The position numbers and the translations under genes were made by a program. DNA of 64,000 bases from Octopus sinensis (taxonomy: Eukaryota): positions 11,098,001 through 11,162,000 of the forward strand of contig NC_042997.1 in the NCBI RefSeq assembly GCF_006345805.1. The letters run 5' to 3'. Below, one piece after another: positions 12,560 through 26,064 of this stretch (position 1 is its first letter; each line of letters starts with the position of its first letter). The notes below the pieces were generated by a model. It was not told where the DNA came from. It saw only the letters and a program-made list of their open reading frames with translations, and ran no database searches.

Positions 12560-13739
12560 TAGACTCTTTACTATTATAGCATCACTACTGACAGATTAGT
12601 CCTCATGCATGACTGTGTGGTTAAGAAGCTCGCTTGCAACCATTAGCTTCGAGTTCAGTTCCACTGCGTCGCATGCTGGACAAGTGTATTCTGCTACAGC
12701 CTTGGGCCAACCAATGTTTTGTGAATGAATTTAATAGATGGCAACTGTATGGAAGCCCGACGTATATATTATTTATGCGTGTGTTTGTGTTTCTCCCCAC
12801 ACAGCTTGACAACCGATGTTGGTTTTTTTACGTCCCCGTAAATTAGCGGTTCAGCAAAAGAAACCGATAGAATAAGTACCAGACTTTAAAAATAAGAATT
12901 AGATCGATTTGTTCGACTAAAGCCTTCAAGGTGACGCCCCAGCATGGCCGTAATCCAATGAGTGAAACAAATAAAAGATAACAGAATCAATGATGGCAGA
13001 CATCCTCCTCCAAGTTACATCCACAGTAAGGATATTTGAACTAATTAGATATTAAACAATTATTAATACTTCCGCCACAAATATCGCTATACTTTAATCT
13101 ACAATTAGTAGTAAATATAATACAGAGGATTAAACCTGTCTAAAGAACTGCAATTGAGTCATTCGTAACCAGCAATTAGCTTAATGAAAAATTTGTATTT
13201 GATTTGTAATTTCAATCAATGAGATATTAGGTTGCTGTGAATAGTTTGACTTCTTAATGTAATCAAAGTTCTGGCAAATGCAGTAAAGTAGCGGGATCAA
13301 TCGGTGACTCAGTTATCATTTTCTCTTGTAATTGTTTCATTTTACTTAGGTTTCTTATACAAATGATAAAATTTATGGAATCACTCGATCACATTTCCTC
13401 CAGTCATTGTGTCTGTGTAATAAATGAAAATATGAACGAAGGCATTGAGAACTGTTTCACAAATAGCAAGCGCTGTAATCTGTCGCGTTAATGGGTAATA
13501 AGTTCTGAAATCCCGTAACGCGAAGTTAATTTCTTCATTGATTTTCATGTTATGAAGTGAGAATGTATTCCGACGGTTTTGTTTTAAAAAATATACAAAG
13601 AAAAAGCAACATATTCTGAACATATACAGTACATTACGTATACATAACTATATTTGAACAGAATACGTTAAGGAATATAAAAATCGTCATAGGGTATGTT
13701 CTTACCACAAAAGCTGTTGACTATAATGTGAGAGCTTCG

Positions 13740-14290
13740 TCAGATAAACTTTCTTCATGTGACACTAGCATCTAAAGCACATCATCTTCTATGTCTTCTT
13801 CAAACTCTACAGCATTTGCTTGTGCCATAATATCTTTCCAAATTTAATACAGACTTTCTGCTTGTGGAAAACTTGTGAAGTCACGGATACAATCTGGCCA
13901 TATATTTTTCCAAGTACCATTTGATGTTGAAGGTTTTTTTTTTTTCATTCCGTGACTCAGCTATATTAATTACAGCATCTACTATGTCGAACTTCTTCCA
14001 GAAGTCCCTAACTTCAGGTTTATCCAAAGTTCTTTTCAGATAATATGCCTTGAAGTTTGCTATCACGCCTTGATCTTTTGACTGGAGCAAAGAAGTTGGT
14101 GATATATTCTACTCTCATATAATCAGAAAGATCTCTAAAGTTCATTGGATGGTCTGATACATTGTGTAAAGGAAGCAATGCTTTGTTGGAAATCTTATAT
14201 CCGGACAAAAATATATCTGTCAACTACTCTTCGAAAGTGCTCTTAGTCATCCATGCCTTCCTATCTGAACGCCAAGTCAGAGACAATTTA
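13740..14290 (-). mobile_element. Tigger/pogo (DDE_1) transposase relic
   Basis: WRSDRKAWMT, KALLPLHNVSDHP and LQSKDQGVIANFKAYYLKRT, with frameshifts. Confidence 0.8.
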
Positions 14291-16094
14291 AACTTTGAGT
14301 AATCTTTGAAAACCATTGGAAGCAGACACGAGCAGAAGTTTTAAAAATTAAAATTTTAAAGTAAGAAGTAGGCAAAATTTTTAAAATATAGAACCGTGCC
14401 GTCCCCAAAAGTTTGCGAAATCTGTTAGTAGCCTAGCGACCTAATCCGGCTAAAGTTGCTTAATCTGACAACCATGAATCTAGGACGGTGTTGATGCTGC
14501 TCACACTAACATCCTAGATCACACTTAGGACTTTCGACTGATGGGCAAAGATTCAGTCACCAATTTACAACTATTTCCTCTTTCCTTTTTCTCTCCCTTC
14601 TTCATTGGAATCTGCTTATCTCCTATTATAGAATTCCTTACATTATAGGAAAAGTTTATGATCAATTGAATCGTTTTTAATACTTGACTACATATGTTTA
14701 TTATATGAAACTTGGACGGATGGCTGTCAAAACCAAAGCTGGTAGAATCTGAAATAGGAACATAAAGGAATGGATCTAAATATTATAGTGCACTTTGTCC
14801 AACGCCTTGCTGTTTTTACCATGTTGAAAATTGTAAATCATCTGAAGATTCGATTCCTTCACACTGCAGTAATTTCCGTTTCGCCGAACAGGTCTAGTAA
14901 GATCGAAAGATCCAGAGAGACCCACAATCTCACCTCCTTCTCAGGTGCCATATTAAACATTTGACCCAATCCTATTGTCACAGGACTCCGGATTTTTATA
15001 CTGAACATCATCCACATTGACCTTCCCAGACAGTGGTGTCGGACACTACTGTTCTTCCTTTGATTAACTTACAAAAGTGTGCTATAGTTGTCACCATAAC
15101 GATGATGGCGACAACGGCGATGATGATTATGGTGAACCTTAATGAATGCGTAATAGGCCTGAAATTTTGAGTAGAGGAATTAGTCGATTAAATTGACCCC
15201 CAATACTTGGCTGCTGATTCATTTCATCGATACCGAAAAGATAAAAAGTGAAGTTGGCTTAGAACTCAGAACATAAGGCACTGCAACAACTACAGAGGCA
15301 CAACCGACTCTGCCAATCCACCAACATAATAATATCTGACATACACACTAGGCTATGAGTTTTGGAAGAGGTATTTAATTGATTAGATTGACTCCAGTAC
15401 TTAGCTGGTAGTTTATTTTCAGACACCAGAAGGATGAAAAGCAAATTTACTTCAGCGGAATTTAAACTCTTGGCGTAAAATGCCATAATCAAATTCTAGA
15501 TAATAGGATTCCTTACATTATTGGAAAAGTTTATGATCAATTAAATCGCTCTTAATATTTGATTATATCTGTTTATTATATGAGCCTTGGAGGGATGGCT
15601 GTCAAAACCAGAGCCGGTGGAATCTGAAATCGGAACGTAAGGGAATGGAACTAAATATTATTGTGCATTTTGTCCGTCTCTGTCGTTTTTATCATGTTGG
15701 CAATTGTAAGTCACCAGAAAATTCGGTTCATTCACACTGCAGTAATTTCTGCTTCGCTGGGGATGTCTAGAATTGTCTTTCGTACATAGTGAAATGCTTA
15801 AATAGTATCTCATTGATTTTAATTACAATAATGGTTCCGGATTCAGTCCCACTGCGTGGCACCTTAGACAAGTATCTTCTTCTACAACCTCGAGCTGACC
15901 AAAGCCTTGTGAGTGGATTTGCTAGACAGAAAGTCGACCTCGGCGGAATTTGAACTCAGTACGTAACGACAGACGAAATACCTATTTCTTTACTACCCAC
16001 AAGGGGCTAAACACAGCGAGGACAAACAAGGACAGACAAGGACAGACAAACGAATTAAGTCGATTATATCGACCCCAGTGCGTAACTGTGTGTG

Positions 16095-16173
<79 letters not shown>

Positions 16174-16852
16174 TGTATGTATGTGTGTATGTATGTATAA
16201 ATCTATGTGTGTATGTGTGCCCGTCATCACTGCTTGACAACCGGTGTTGGTGTGTTTACGCCCCCGTAACTTAGCAGTTCGACGAAAGAGACCGATAGAA
16301 TAAATATACTAGAATAAATACTAGGCTTTAAAAAAAAGCCCTGATGTCGATTTATTTGACTAAAATCCTTCAAGGCGGTGCTCCAGCATGGCCGCAGTCA
16401 AATGCCTGAAACCAGCAAGAGAACAAAAATCACACCTAAACGTCTCAAAAAAAATTTTTTTTTAAGAGGAGGAGAAAGAATTGCACATTGGGTTGTGTAG
16501 TCCTAGGTAAATTATATCTGAGAAAAAGAGACAAGACTGTCATGGCTGCAATTCGTCTGCTCAGTTAAGGCTGGCATGAGGCCAGTCAGTAATCTTTTCT
16601 CCTAAAAGTACAAACAAGGCTTGAGATCTTGGGGGAGGGGACTAGTCAATTACATCGACCCCGAAAGGCTGAAAGGTAAAGTCGACCTCGGCGGAATTTG
16701 AACTCAGAATGTAATGCCGCTAAGCATTTTGCTCCGGCGTGCTAACGATTCTGCCAATCAATAATATAAAACACTTTTCTTAAGTGTTTGCTGAAGTATA
16801 TCTATCTACTGCATGGTTGCAGTGGTCGTATTAAAAGAGTTTTAAAATATTT

Positions 16853-16853
<1 letters not shown>

Positions 16854-16921
<68 letters not shown>

Positions 16922-16985
16922 TAGTAGTGGCGGTGGTGCTGCTGCTGGTGCTGCTACTGCTACTGCTGCTGCTGCTGTTGTTGTT
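16854..16985 (+). repeat. (TAG)n/(CAG)n/(GCT)n microsatellite
   Basis: Direct reading. Confidence 0.9.
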
Positions 16986-17295
16986 AAGCAACAAGACGGG
17001 TAAGGGTGATTAGGTGGTGGCCTAGGGCTTAGGGGCGGGAGACCCCAGACCTTGGGGAAAAAAAAAAAAACTTTGGTCGTCTTGTTGTTGTCGAGGGCTC
17101 TTCGTTGACGCCCGACACCATTGGGAGGTGGCCCTCGAAGTAGCTGGAAATGGAGATCTCCAGGTCCAAATTTTTTAACGGCTGCTGGTGGTGCTGGTGT
17201 TGGTGCTGGTCCTCATCGTCGTCGCCGCCGTGATTAAGAGAACTATTTGGAAAAGCTCTCATTGTGGTTCATTATTCATTTGATTTAATTATACT

Positions 17296-17490
17296 TGTTG
17301 TTTAGCTCCAGGTTCAACCCTAACTAAGCAGGTCTGCTTACAAGCAGTGAAGATCTGGTCATTTCAGAGATATATGGAACGATATTGTCTAGTATGTCTC
17401 AATCAATCGTGTTACGGCATAAAAGCGTGTGATGTGAGGACATTTGGCAGCTAATTCTAGAAGGTCGAGCGATCACGTAGAGGGTTCCTT
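17296..17490 (+). repeat. Interspersed repeat family D (copies at about 7535..7745(-), 8515..8580(-), 25340..25520, 38550..38765, 59055..59130)
   Basis: Recurring TTGTTGTTTAGC..CAGGTC...TGATC...CCATC and TGGCTGCTATTTCTAGCAGGTCGAGCGACCAC segments. Confidence 0.6.
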
Positions 17491-18149
17491 CCTCATATAC
17501 TAGTAATCGTTGCGTTGTCGTTTAATAACGGCTGTCATCGTTGTTGCTGCCATGAGAATCCTTAATTGTTTTTCTCGTGCACAGTGTCTATTTCCCCATT
17601 AAGGATTTCACACAATTATCCTCTTCCCCCTACTCCTACTCCTCTTCGCCATTACAGCCATCATCATTACCACCACCACCACCACCACCACCACAAACGT
17701 CGTCGTCGTCATCATCATCACTGTCACCACTCTCCTTAATTCTTAAAACTTACTGTATACACCTGTGTGTAAGCAACAAATTTAATACAAAAGAACAGGG
17801 TCAAAAATAGTGGAAGAAGAGTAGCTTAATCGTGTGTAAAGAAAAAAGAAAATAAGCGGATAAAATACATATCGTTGATTCTTATAATACAAGAAGTAGG
17901 GGACTGTCGCATTATATTCGATATTATATTGTTCTCGAGTAAATACGATAATTACTATGTTTAACGTCGCCGAAGCTTGTGGTTTTAGGGTCTGCTTGTA
18001 TCATCTGACACATGTAGCCCTTTAGCGACATCCTTCATTCTGTTGCTGGTCAGAGGCGAGATCTTTGGTCTAAGGACGATTGGATATCTTGATAATTTCC
18101 TTCTTACATACCTTGCGTGCTGTCACCAGGTTTGTGCAAAGTTGTTAAT

Positions 18150-18974
18150 ATGTGAAATGCAGGACTCCAAATGTGAAAGGGAAATGCAGGCCTCCAAATG
18201 TGAAAGGGAAATGCAACCCTCCAAATGTGAAAGGGAAATGCAGGACTCCAAATGTGAAAGGGAAATGCAGGACTCCAAATGTGAAAGGAAATGCAGGCCT
18301 CCAAATGTGAAAGGAAATGCAGGACTCAAATGTGAAAGGGAAATGCAGGACTCCAAATGTGAAAGGGAAATGCAGGCCTCCAAATGTGAAAGGGAAATGC
18401 AGGACTCCAAATGTGAAAGGGAAATGCAGGACTCCAAATGTGAAAGGGAAATGCAGGACTCCAAATGTGAAAGGGAAATGCAGGACTCCAAATGTGAAAG
18501 GGAAATGCAGGACTCCAAATGTGAAAGGGAAATGCAGGACTCCAAATGTGAAAGGGAAATGCAGGACTCCAAATGTGAAAGGGAAATGCAGGACTCCAAA
18601 TGTGAAAGGGAAATGAGGACTCCAAATGTGAAAGGGAAATGCAGGACTCCAAATGTGAAAGGGAAATGCAGGCCTCCAAATGTGAAAGGGAAATGCAGGA
18701 CTCCAAATGTGAAAGGGAAATGCAGGACTCCAAATGTGAAAGGGAAATGCAGGACTCCAAATGTGAAAGGGAAATGCAGGACTCCAAATGTGAAAGGGAA
18801 ATGCAACCCTCCAAATGTGAAAGTGAAATGCAGGACTCCAAATGTGAAAGGGAAATGCAACCCTCCAAATGTGAAAGGGAAATGCAGGACTCCAAATGTG
18901 AAACGGAAATGCAGGACTCCAAATGTGAAAGGGAAATGCAGGACTCCAAATGTGAAAGGGAAATGCAGGCCTCC
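18150..18974 (+). repeat. 27-bp minisatellite, about 30 units (AAATGTGAAAGGGAAATGCAGGACTCC)
   Basis: Direct reading. Variant units GGCCTCC and ACCCTCC, plus several shorter (25-26-bp) units that shift frame. Confidence 0.97.
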
Positions 18975-19408
18975 ATTTCAACTGACAATGGGCCTAAACA
19001 GATGTATAATATCGGCTTTGTTTCAACTACTCATTAAGTATTTTAGCAATCAGTGCCAATTACGTGTTGTCTGAATACCCTTAGTTTTTTTTTTTTTTGT
19101 CATAATACTATCTTGTCAGTGTTTGATTACTCTTATGTTACTTTTCTTTTTTCAATGTTTTATTTGATTCAGTCATTAGACTGCGGCCATGCTGGGGCAC
19201 CGCCTTGAAGAATTCTTGGTCGAACGAGTCGACCCCAGTACTTATTTCTTAAGCCTGGCACTTATTCTGTCGGGCTCATTTGTCAAACTGCTAAGTTACG
19301 GGGACGTAATCACACCAACACCGGTCGTCAAATGGTAGTGGCAACACACAGAGAGGCACAAAGACACACTCACAGATACATACATACTTACATACATATA
19401 TATATATT

Positions 19409-19463
<55 letters not shown>

Positions 19464-21180
19464 AGTGAGAGAGAGAAAGAGATTGATAGATAGACAGACA
19501 GACATGTATAAATACATACATACATACATACATACATACATACATACATACATACATACGTACGTACCTACGTACCTACGTAGAGACGACGAACTTGTTT
19601 CAGTTTCCGTCTACCAAATCTACTCACAAGGCTTTGGTCGGCCCGAGGGTATAGAAGAAGACACTTGACTAAGGTGTCATGCAGTTGGACTGAACCTTGA
19701 ACCTTAAGGTTGGAAAGCAAACTTCTCACTACATAGCCACGGACAGCATTTATATTTTTAACACTGCCGGATTGAATGGTATTGCTCAGGTGTCGAAACC
19801 ATAGCGATATCCGTTTGGACAGCAGATGATGGGAAAGCACATATCTTATGCTCGATTGTGAATTTCTTATGTCTTAGTCTCGTTATTCTGGGTTGTACAT
19901 CATTTTTGTTGAGTGGAACGTTTGTGGATTCATAGTTTGTGGGGATTGTTTGATTTTTTTTATGGGTAACTTAATTAGGCTTGGACAAGGCTTAGAGGTA
20001 TTCATCTAATTTTAGAAGGTTCTGTGACATATGATCTACGCATGGGACTACGGGACTCTACATGAACATGCAATGATGTAGTGTACATGATGGTCTTATA
20101 AGACACTGACCGGAATAAAAGGACAGAACGATTTATAAATAACGGTAGATTCTTTACAAAAGGGTTCTCTTTTTGCTTCCAACTGGGGGACCCCATTCCT
20201 TCAAATCGAAGGTCCATGTCAAATGGTCCACCTGGCCTTCCTTCCTCAAGGGTTTATGTGACCCTATTTATTGCTGTTGTTTATGTCGTTCAAAGATATT
20301 TCAACCACAACCATCCTATCAATTATTCAGGCACAGTTTAACTTGGGTTACACTATCCAATGTGACTTCTGTTTTTTTTTTCAAGACAATAGAGTGTAAT
20401 ATGAAAGAAATTTGGTTGCTATTTCTAGCAGGTCGTGTTCCTATACAAAGGTTCCTTCAGGGAGCACAGCTAGAAGTGATTCTCCAGCGAATGCCTGTCG
20501 CTAAATATGTTGAGGCTTGTAACCCTTTGTGCAACACCTTGGGAGGCTGCCTTTTTTTATGTCAGCGCCACTCGGCAGCCAGTGACTTCCTATTATTCAC
20601 AGGGCTTGAAGTAGCAGTTAGCAGCAACTATAGTTTGCGGTTTTTCCTTCCTTTTCGGTCACCAGTCTTGGAAGTCCGACAAAGGTCATTAGTGTGTTTA
20701 ATGTCCTTACTTTCCCTGCAGCACTTCCTGTAACTGGAATTAAGGGAACCTTCCTACCTGACGTAATTGAAACCGAAAAGCCAGTAGTAACGAGTGACTT
20801 TAAATCTTTTTAGCATCTCTGCACTCTCTTCGCTTTCTATTTAAAAACACTGACCTGATAGCCTCACATGTCAATTATCCGCATTCCGCAGTTTAAGAGG
20901 ACCTGACCTGCAAAAACTATGATCATTGCTCCTTCTCAGCAAACTAAATGATAAAAACAGCAACAACGACTACAACAACAAAAATTTGGACATCATCATC
21001 ACCACCACCATCACTACCACCCACCCACCACTACCACCAACACCGCAATCATCATCATCATCATCATCACTATAATCATTTAAATTTTCTGATCAACACT
21101 ATCTTAGCGCTACCTTTCTCATCATCATCATTTATCCCGTTTCAAGAAAATTTTATTGGCCTTTATATATAGAAGTTAAC

Positions 21181-21232
<52 letters not shown>

Positions 21233-21519
21233 CTCTATCTCTCTCTCACTCACTCATATGTGTGTGTGCGTGCGCGTGTGTATGTGTGCGTGTGTGTGTG
21301 TGTGTGGTAGTGTGTGTGTGTCTGTGTTTGCCGTCACCTGCATAAATGCGAAGTATACAGAGCATGCCTAAGGTACAAAATAAATGCAAAAATCAAAAAT
21401 CAAATCCGATTTTGATATAAATTTTTGCTTCTTTTTCATGCGAAACAGCTGGAAAGATAATTTATACTCTACTCCAATTGTATGGTTTTGATTTTTAAAG
21501 ATACATGCTCTGGCTTATA

Positions 21520-21555
<36 letters not shown>

Positions 21556-21589
21556 TGTATGTATTATGTATGTATGTATGTATGTATGT

Positions 21590-21634
<45 letters not shown>

Positions 21635-22354
21635 AGTCCGACATATTAATTACGTTTGATGGGCTGATACAAGGTTTCGCTAAGGCCACTCTAACACGCT
21701 TGATAAATTTGACACTTCATTATGAATAATACAGTGTCCCACCATCAGTTTACATTTTCTCTAATCTTTGTGTATATATCGAACAGCAACACTAAATGTG
21801 ACGCACACACACACACACATACACACGCACATATCACTCTCTCTCTCTCTCTCCATCTGTGTCCTCTCTCTCTATCTCACCTACACAAATACTCTCTTTG
21901 TATTCAGTATTACTCTCTCTCTCTCTCTTTCTCTCCCAAATCTGCAATGTTAGAAGCATTCGTGCTAAGGGGAAAAAATCAAAATATCCCACAGAAGCCT
22001 GTGTGAAAATTCTAGAAAAGTTCAGTTGACCAGAGTGCTAGAAAAAAAATTAATAAATCTTTTTAATTTCCTTAATTTTCTTTCTCAAAAATGACTCATG
22101 ACATTGCGTGGGGGTCAGAACGAGCAACAGAAGTCAGAAGGTAACATGTTTAAGAAGCGATATTAACACTAATCCAACTTATTATCTTTATCAATAGAGC
22201 TTATGTCGTCATAATCGGGTACGAGTCCTCCAATATAACTTTATAATTCCTATTTGTTTAAGAATCGTTTTCGGAGAAATTTCTAACAAGGATAATGTAC
22301 TAAGGATAGTTCAGTAGACGCTTTCAAGGCCTGTTATATCTATATGTTTATCTG

Positions 22355-22740
22355 TCTGTGTGTGTATGTATGTATGTATGTATGTATGTATGTATGTATG
22401 TATGTATGTATGTATGTATGTATGTGTGTGTGTGTATGTATGTATGTATGTATGTATGCATTTATGTATGTATGTATGCATGTATGTATGTGTGTGTGTA
22501 TGTATGTATGTATGTATGATAATTATATAAATATAAAATACAGCGTACACACATATCTATGCGTGCGTATATGTGTACATACAAATATATGTGTGTATAT
22601 GTGTGTGTGTACATACAAGATAATTATATATGTAAGTGTATAAAGTATGTAAATGTATGCACATTTTTATGTCTGTATGCATGTATATGCGTATGCATGC
22701 ATATATAATACAACACTCAAATACACAACACACGGAAATA
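22355..22740 (+). repeat. (TATG)n/(TG)n compound microsatellite
   Basis: Direct reading. Confidence 0.9.
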
Positions 22741-23194
22741 CAGATACAAATATTTATTAAATTATATATCATTCTTATATATAATTCCCCAAATTCTATA
22801 ATCATAATATATAGTACATAATTATTCAATATATTCATATAATTATATGTAAAATTATTCTGCTCGCCACGATATGCAACCTAAATCGTTAACATAACGA
22901 AACGGTTCGTGGGTTAAGCTTTAAAGCACCTTAACTACAGAACTTAATCAAAGATATAATCGTAAACGTTAACATAATGAAAATAAGTTCGAATGTTACG
23001 CTGTTAAGAACGTTAACTATGGAATGAAATAATTGATATCTTATCATTATGAAGCAGGTTAGAGTGTTATGCTAATCAAAGACGTAATTAATTTAACATG
23101 ATGATGTATATTTATGAAGAACTATAAATGTCGTTGTGGGTTTATGAAAACAGAAATAGGAACATTTCTCAAACGTAGCATTTCAAGGGTGCCG

Positions 23195-23265
<71 letters not shown>

Positions 23266-23315
23266 CGTACATATGTATGTATGTGTTTAATTAATCCATC
23301 TGAAGATGTTATATA

Positions 23316-23522
23316 TAGGGGCTAAACAGAGGGGACAAACAAGGACAGACGAACAGATTAAGTCGATTACAGCGACCCCAGTGCGTAACTGGTACTTAAT
23401 TTATCGATCCCGAAAGGATGAAAGGCAAAGTCGACCCCGGCGGAATTTGAACTCAGAACGTAAAGGGCAGACGAAATACGACTACGCATTTCGCCCGGCG
23501 TGCTAACGATTCTGCCAGCTCG
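23316..23522 (-). mobile_element. SINE family A copy
   Basis: Near-identical to 6437..6639. Confidence 0.88.
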
Positions 23523-23854
23523 ATGAAACTTAGAGTGAAGGAAAAGTAGTAATAATACACTCAAATAAGTCAACATATTGAGGAAACTTCATTCTGTTTA
23601 TTCAGAAGCATATGTATACATGAATGGGCGTGTATTCTGTGTGCGTGCGTGTATATATACATCGTACGGTTTAACCCCATCACGTAGCACCTTAGCTACC
23701 TTTCATGGACTCCACTCTGCTGCAAGTCCAATTATAGGATACTTTCCTCTCTCCCTTCCACCTGTCTCGCAGAACCTATGAAAGATTTTAGGCACTGTGT
23801 ATTCAGCTAACACACATACACACACACACACACACACGCACACTATATGTATAA

Positions 23855-23924
<70 letters not shown>

Positions 23925-24016
23925 ATAAACCTTTACATAAATAAATAACGTGAAATACACGAAGGGACGAACAAAAAGACAAACGGGTCATTCAAAGCCT
24001 TCATTCTTCATATATA

Positions 24017-24052
<36 letters not shown>

Positions 24053-24361
24053 TGTATGTATGTATGTATATGTATATATGTAACTCCAAGAAAGTTAGAG
24101 GTTGTGAATCCAACCCACTAAGGGATATTATCTATCCAATATACTGCTGGTAGATTACCCAATTATTAATACGCAAGTGGTTTTTTTTATTGAATTGCAA
24201 TTACATTACCTAGTGTACTAAAGAGAAGTGAAAGTAAAGAGATATTTTACCATTAATTTATAGAGCAATGGAAAAAATGGAGGGGATCAATAGGTGGTTC
24301 ATCAACTTTTAGACATTATATCATTTATTTATTTACTAAACTGACAATTACAATATGTATG

Positions 24362-24429
<68 letters not shown>

Positions 24430-24894
24430 ATATATACATTTCTTATCAGCTGTCTGATGAATATTCCATTGTTCTTCCATTGTAGAGAGAATTATTTCGT
24501 ATGAAACTGTTCGAACCGTTCGCTAGTATTGCTTGTTATGCAGCACAAATTATGATGCTATATAAATAACATTCATATATATATATATATATATATATAT
24601 ACTTACATACATATACCTACATGCATGCTTACATACATTAAACAAAAATTTTCATAATAATTTCATAATAAATGTATTATTGCGTTTTGCGACAAAAACT
24701 TTTGACGTCGTCATCCCAGAAGCTTCCCGGTTTGACATTGTAACCCGAACCCTGAAGGGTTACTCTGAAACGCAATTAAGGAGATTTTTTGAAACACTAC
24801 TTTTTCAATCATTTGTTCTTTTCATTTATACATAATAATTTTATATATAATTCCAATAATAAATCTATGACGCAAAAAATACAAAGATAAAACA

Positions 24895-24921
24895 TGTAAA
24901 TGCACACACACACATATATGC

Positions 24922-24952
<31 letters not shown>

Positions 24953-25076
24953 TGTATGTATGTATGTATGTATGTATATATATACATACACACACAAATG
25001 TATTCATGTATACACACATACATATATATACACGTATAAACATATACGTACATATATATATATACACACACACATA

Positions 25077-25129
<53 letters not shown>

Positions 25130-25320
25130 CTCTTACACTTGTTATTTTGTGTTTGTGCATATATATATATATATATATATGTATACACGCACAAACACAC
25201 ATATACACAAACGAACGTGCACACACACATATACATACACACCCATACACACACAGATTTACATATGTAAGTATTTACATATGTATGTTTTATGTCTGTA
25301 TATAAATACACACACATTCA
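24895..25320 (+). repeat. (TATG)n/(TA)n/(CA)n compound microsatellite
   Basis: Direct reading. Confidence 0.9.
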
Positions 25321-26014
25321 CCTCAAATCAGATCGAACAGACTTATGATCAAACACTTTCCATCCGTGACCTTCTTGTCTTTTACTCAGACGTTGTGTAT
25401 CAAGAATTTTAGTGTACAATTAACTCAATTTTTTAAGACTGTAGGGTATATAATTTGTGGGTGAGGAGGAGAATTGGTTGCTATCACTAGCAGGTCGAAG
25501 AATACCGCATTGTAGTACTTGTATGCGCGCGATTAAAATACCACTCGATTAAAATACCATTCCGTCCCAGCAATTTTGAATCCTGTTTTTATTAAATTTC
25601 TTCCATTATACAAGAATAAATACACTGTGTATGTATATTCATACACACACACACACACATACACATGAACACATACACAAATGCACACACTCGCTCACAA
25701 ACATACATACATACAAACATACATACATACATACATACATACATACATACATACATACATACATACATACATACATACATACATACACAGTTTAAATACA
25801 CATTTAGATATGCACCCACAATCGTTAAAATCAAGTTTACAGGATCTTTCGAGATGTTAGAAATATATAAGGGCATAAATATGATGGTTGTATTAAATTT
25901 TCGATATTAACAAATGAAATGGTCAAGCAATTTATGTGCGTATGAACAAACATATGCGTGTGTGTGTGTGTATGTTTATAATACACAGCTCCGAAATAGA
26001 TTAACGAAATGCAA

Positions 26015-26064
<50 letters not shown>

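Noticed and set aside
18150-18974. CRISPR-like repeat array
   Set aside because: Units are contiguous with no unique spacers, and the context is eukaryotic.
18043-19074. 343-aa ORF and other long ORFs with repeating MQDSKCERE / CRTPNVKGK units
   Set aside because: These are translations of the 27-bp minisatellite. They are open in several frames on both strands, and shorter units shift frame, so there is no coding constraint.
20173-20733. 186-aa ORF and surrounding protein-like sequence
   Set aside because: No recognisable motif on either strand. Probably a decayed, unclassified element.
24745-24780. CCCTGAAGGGTTACTCTGAAACGC, faint hammerhead resemblance
   Set aside because: Incomplete core and no convincing stems.
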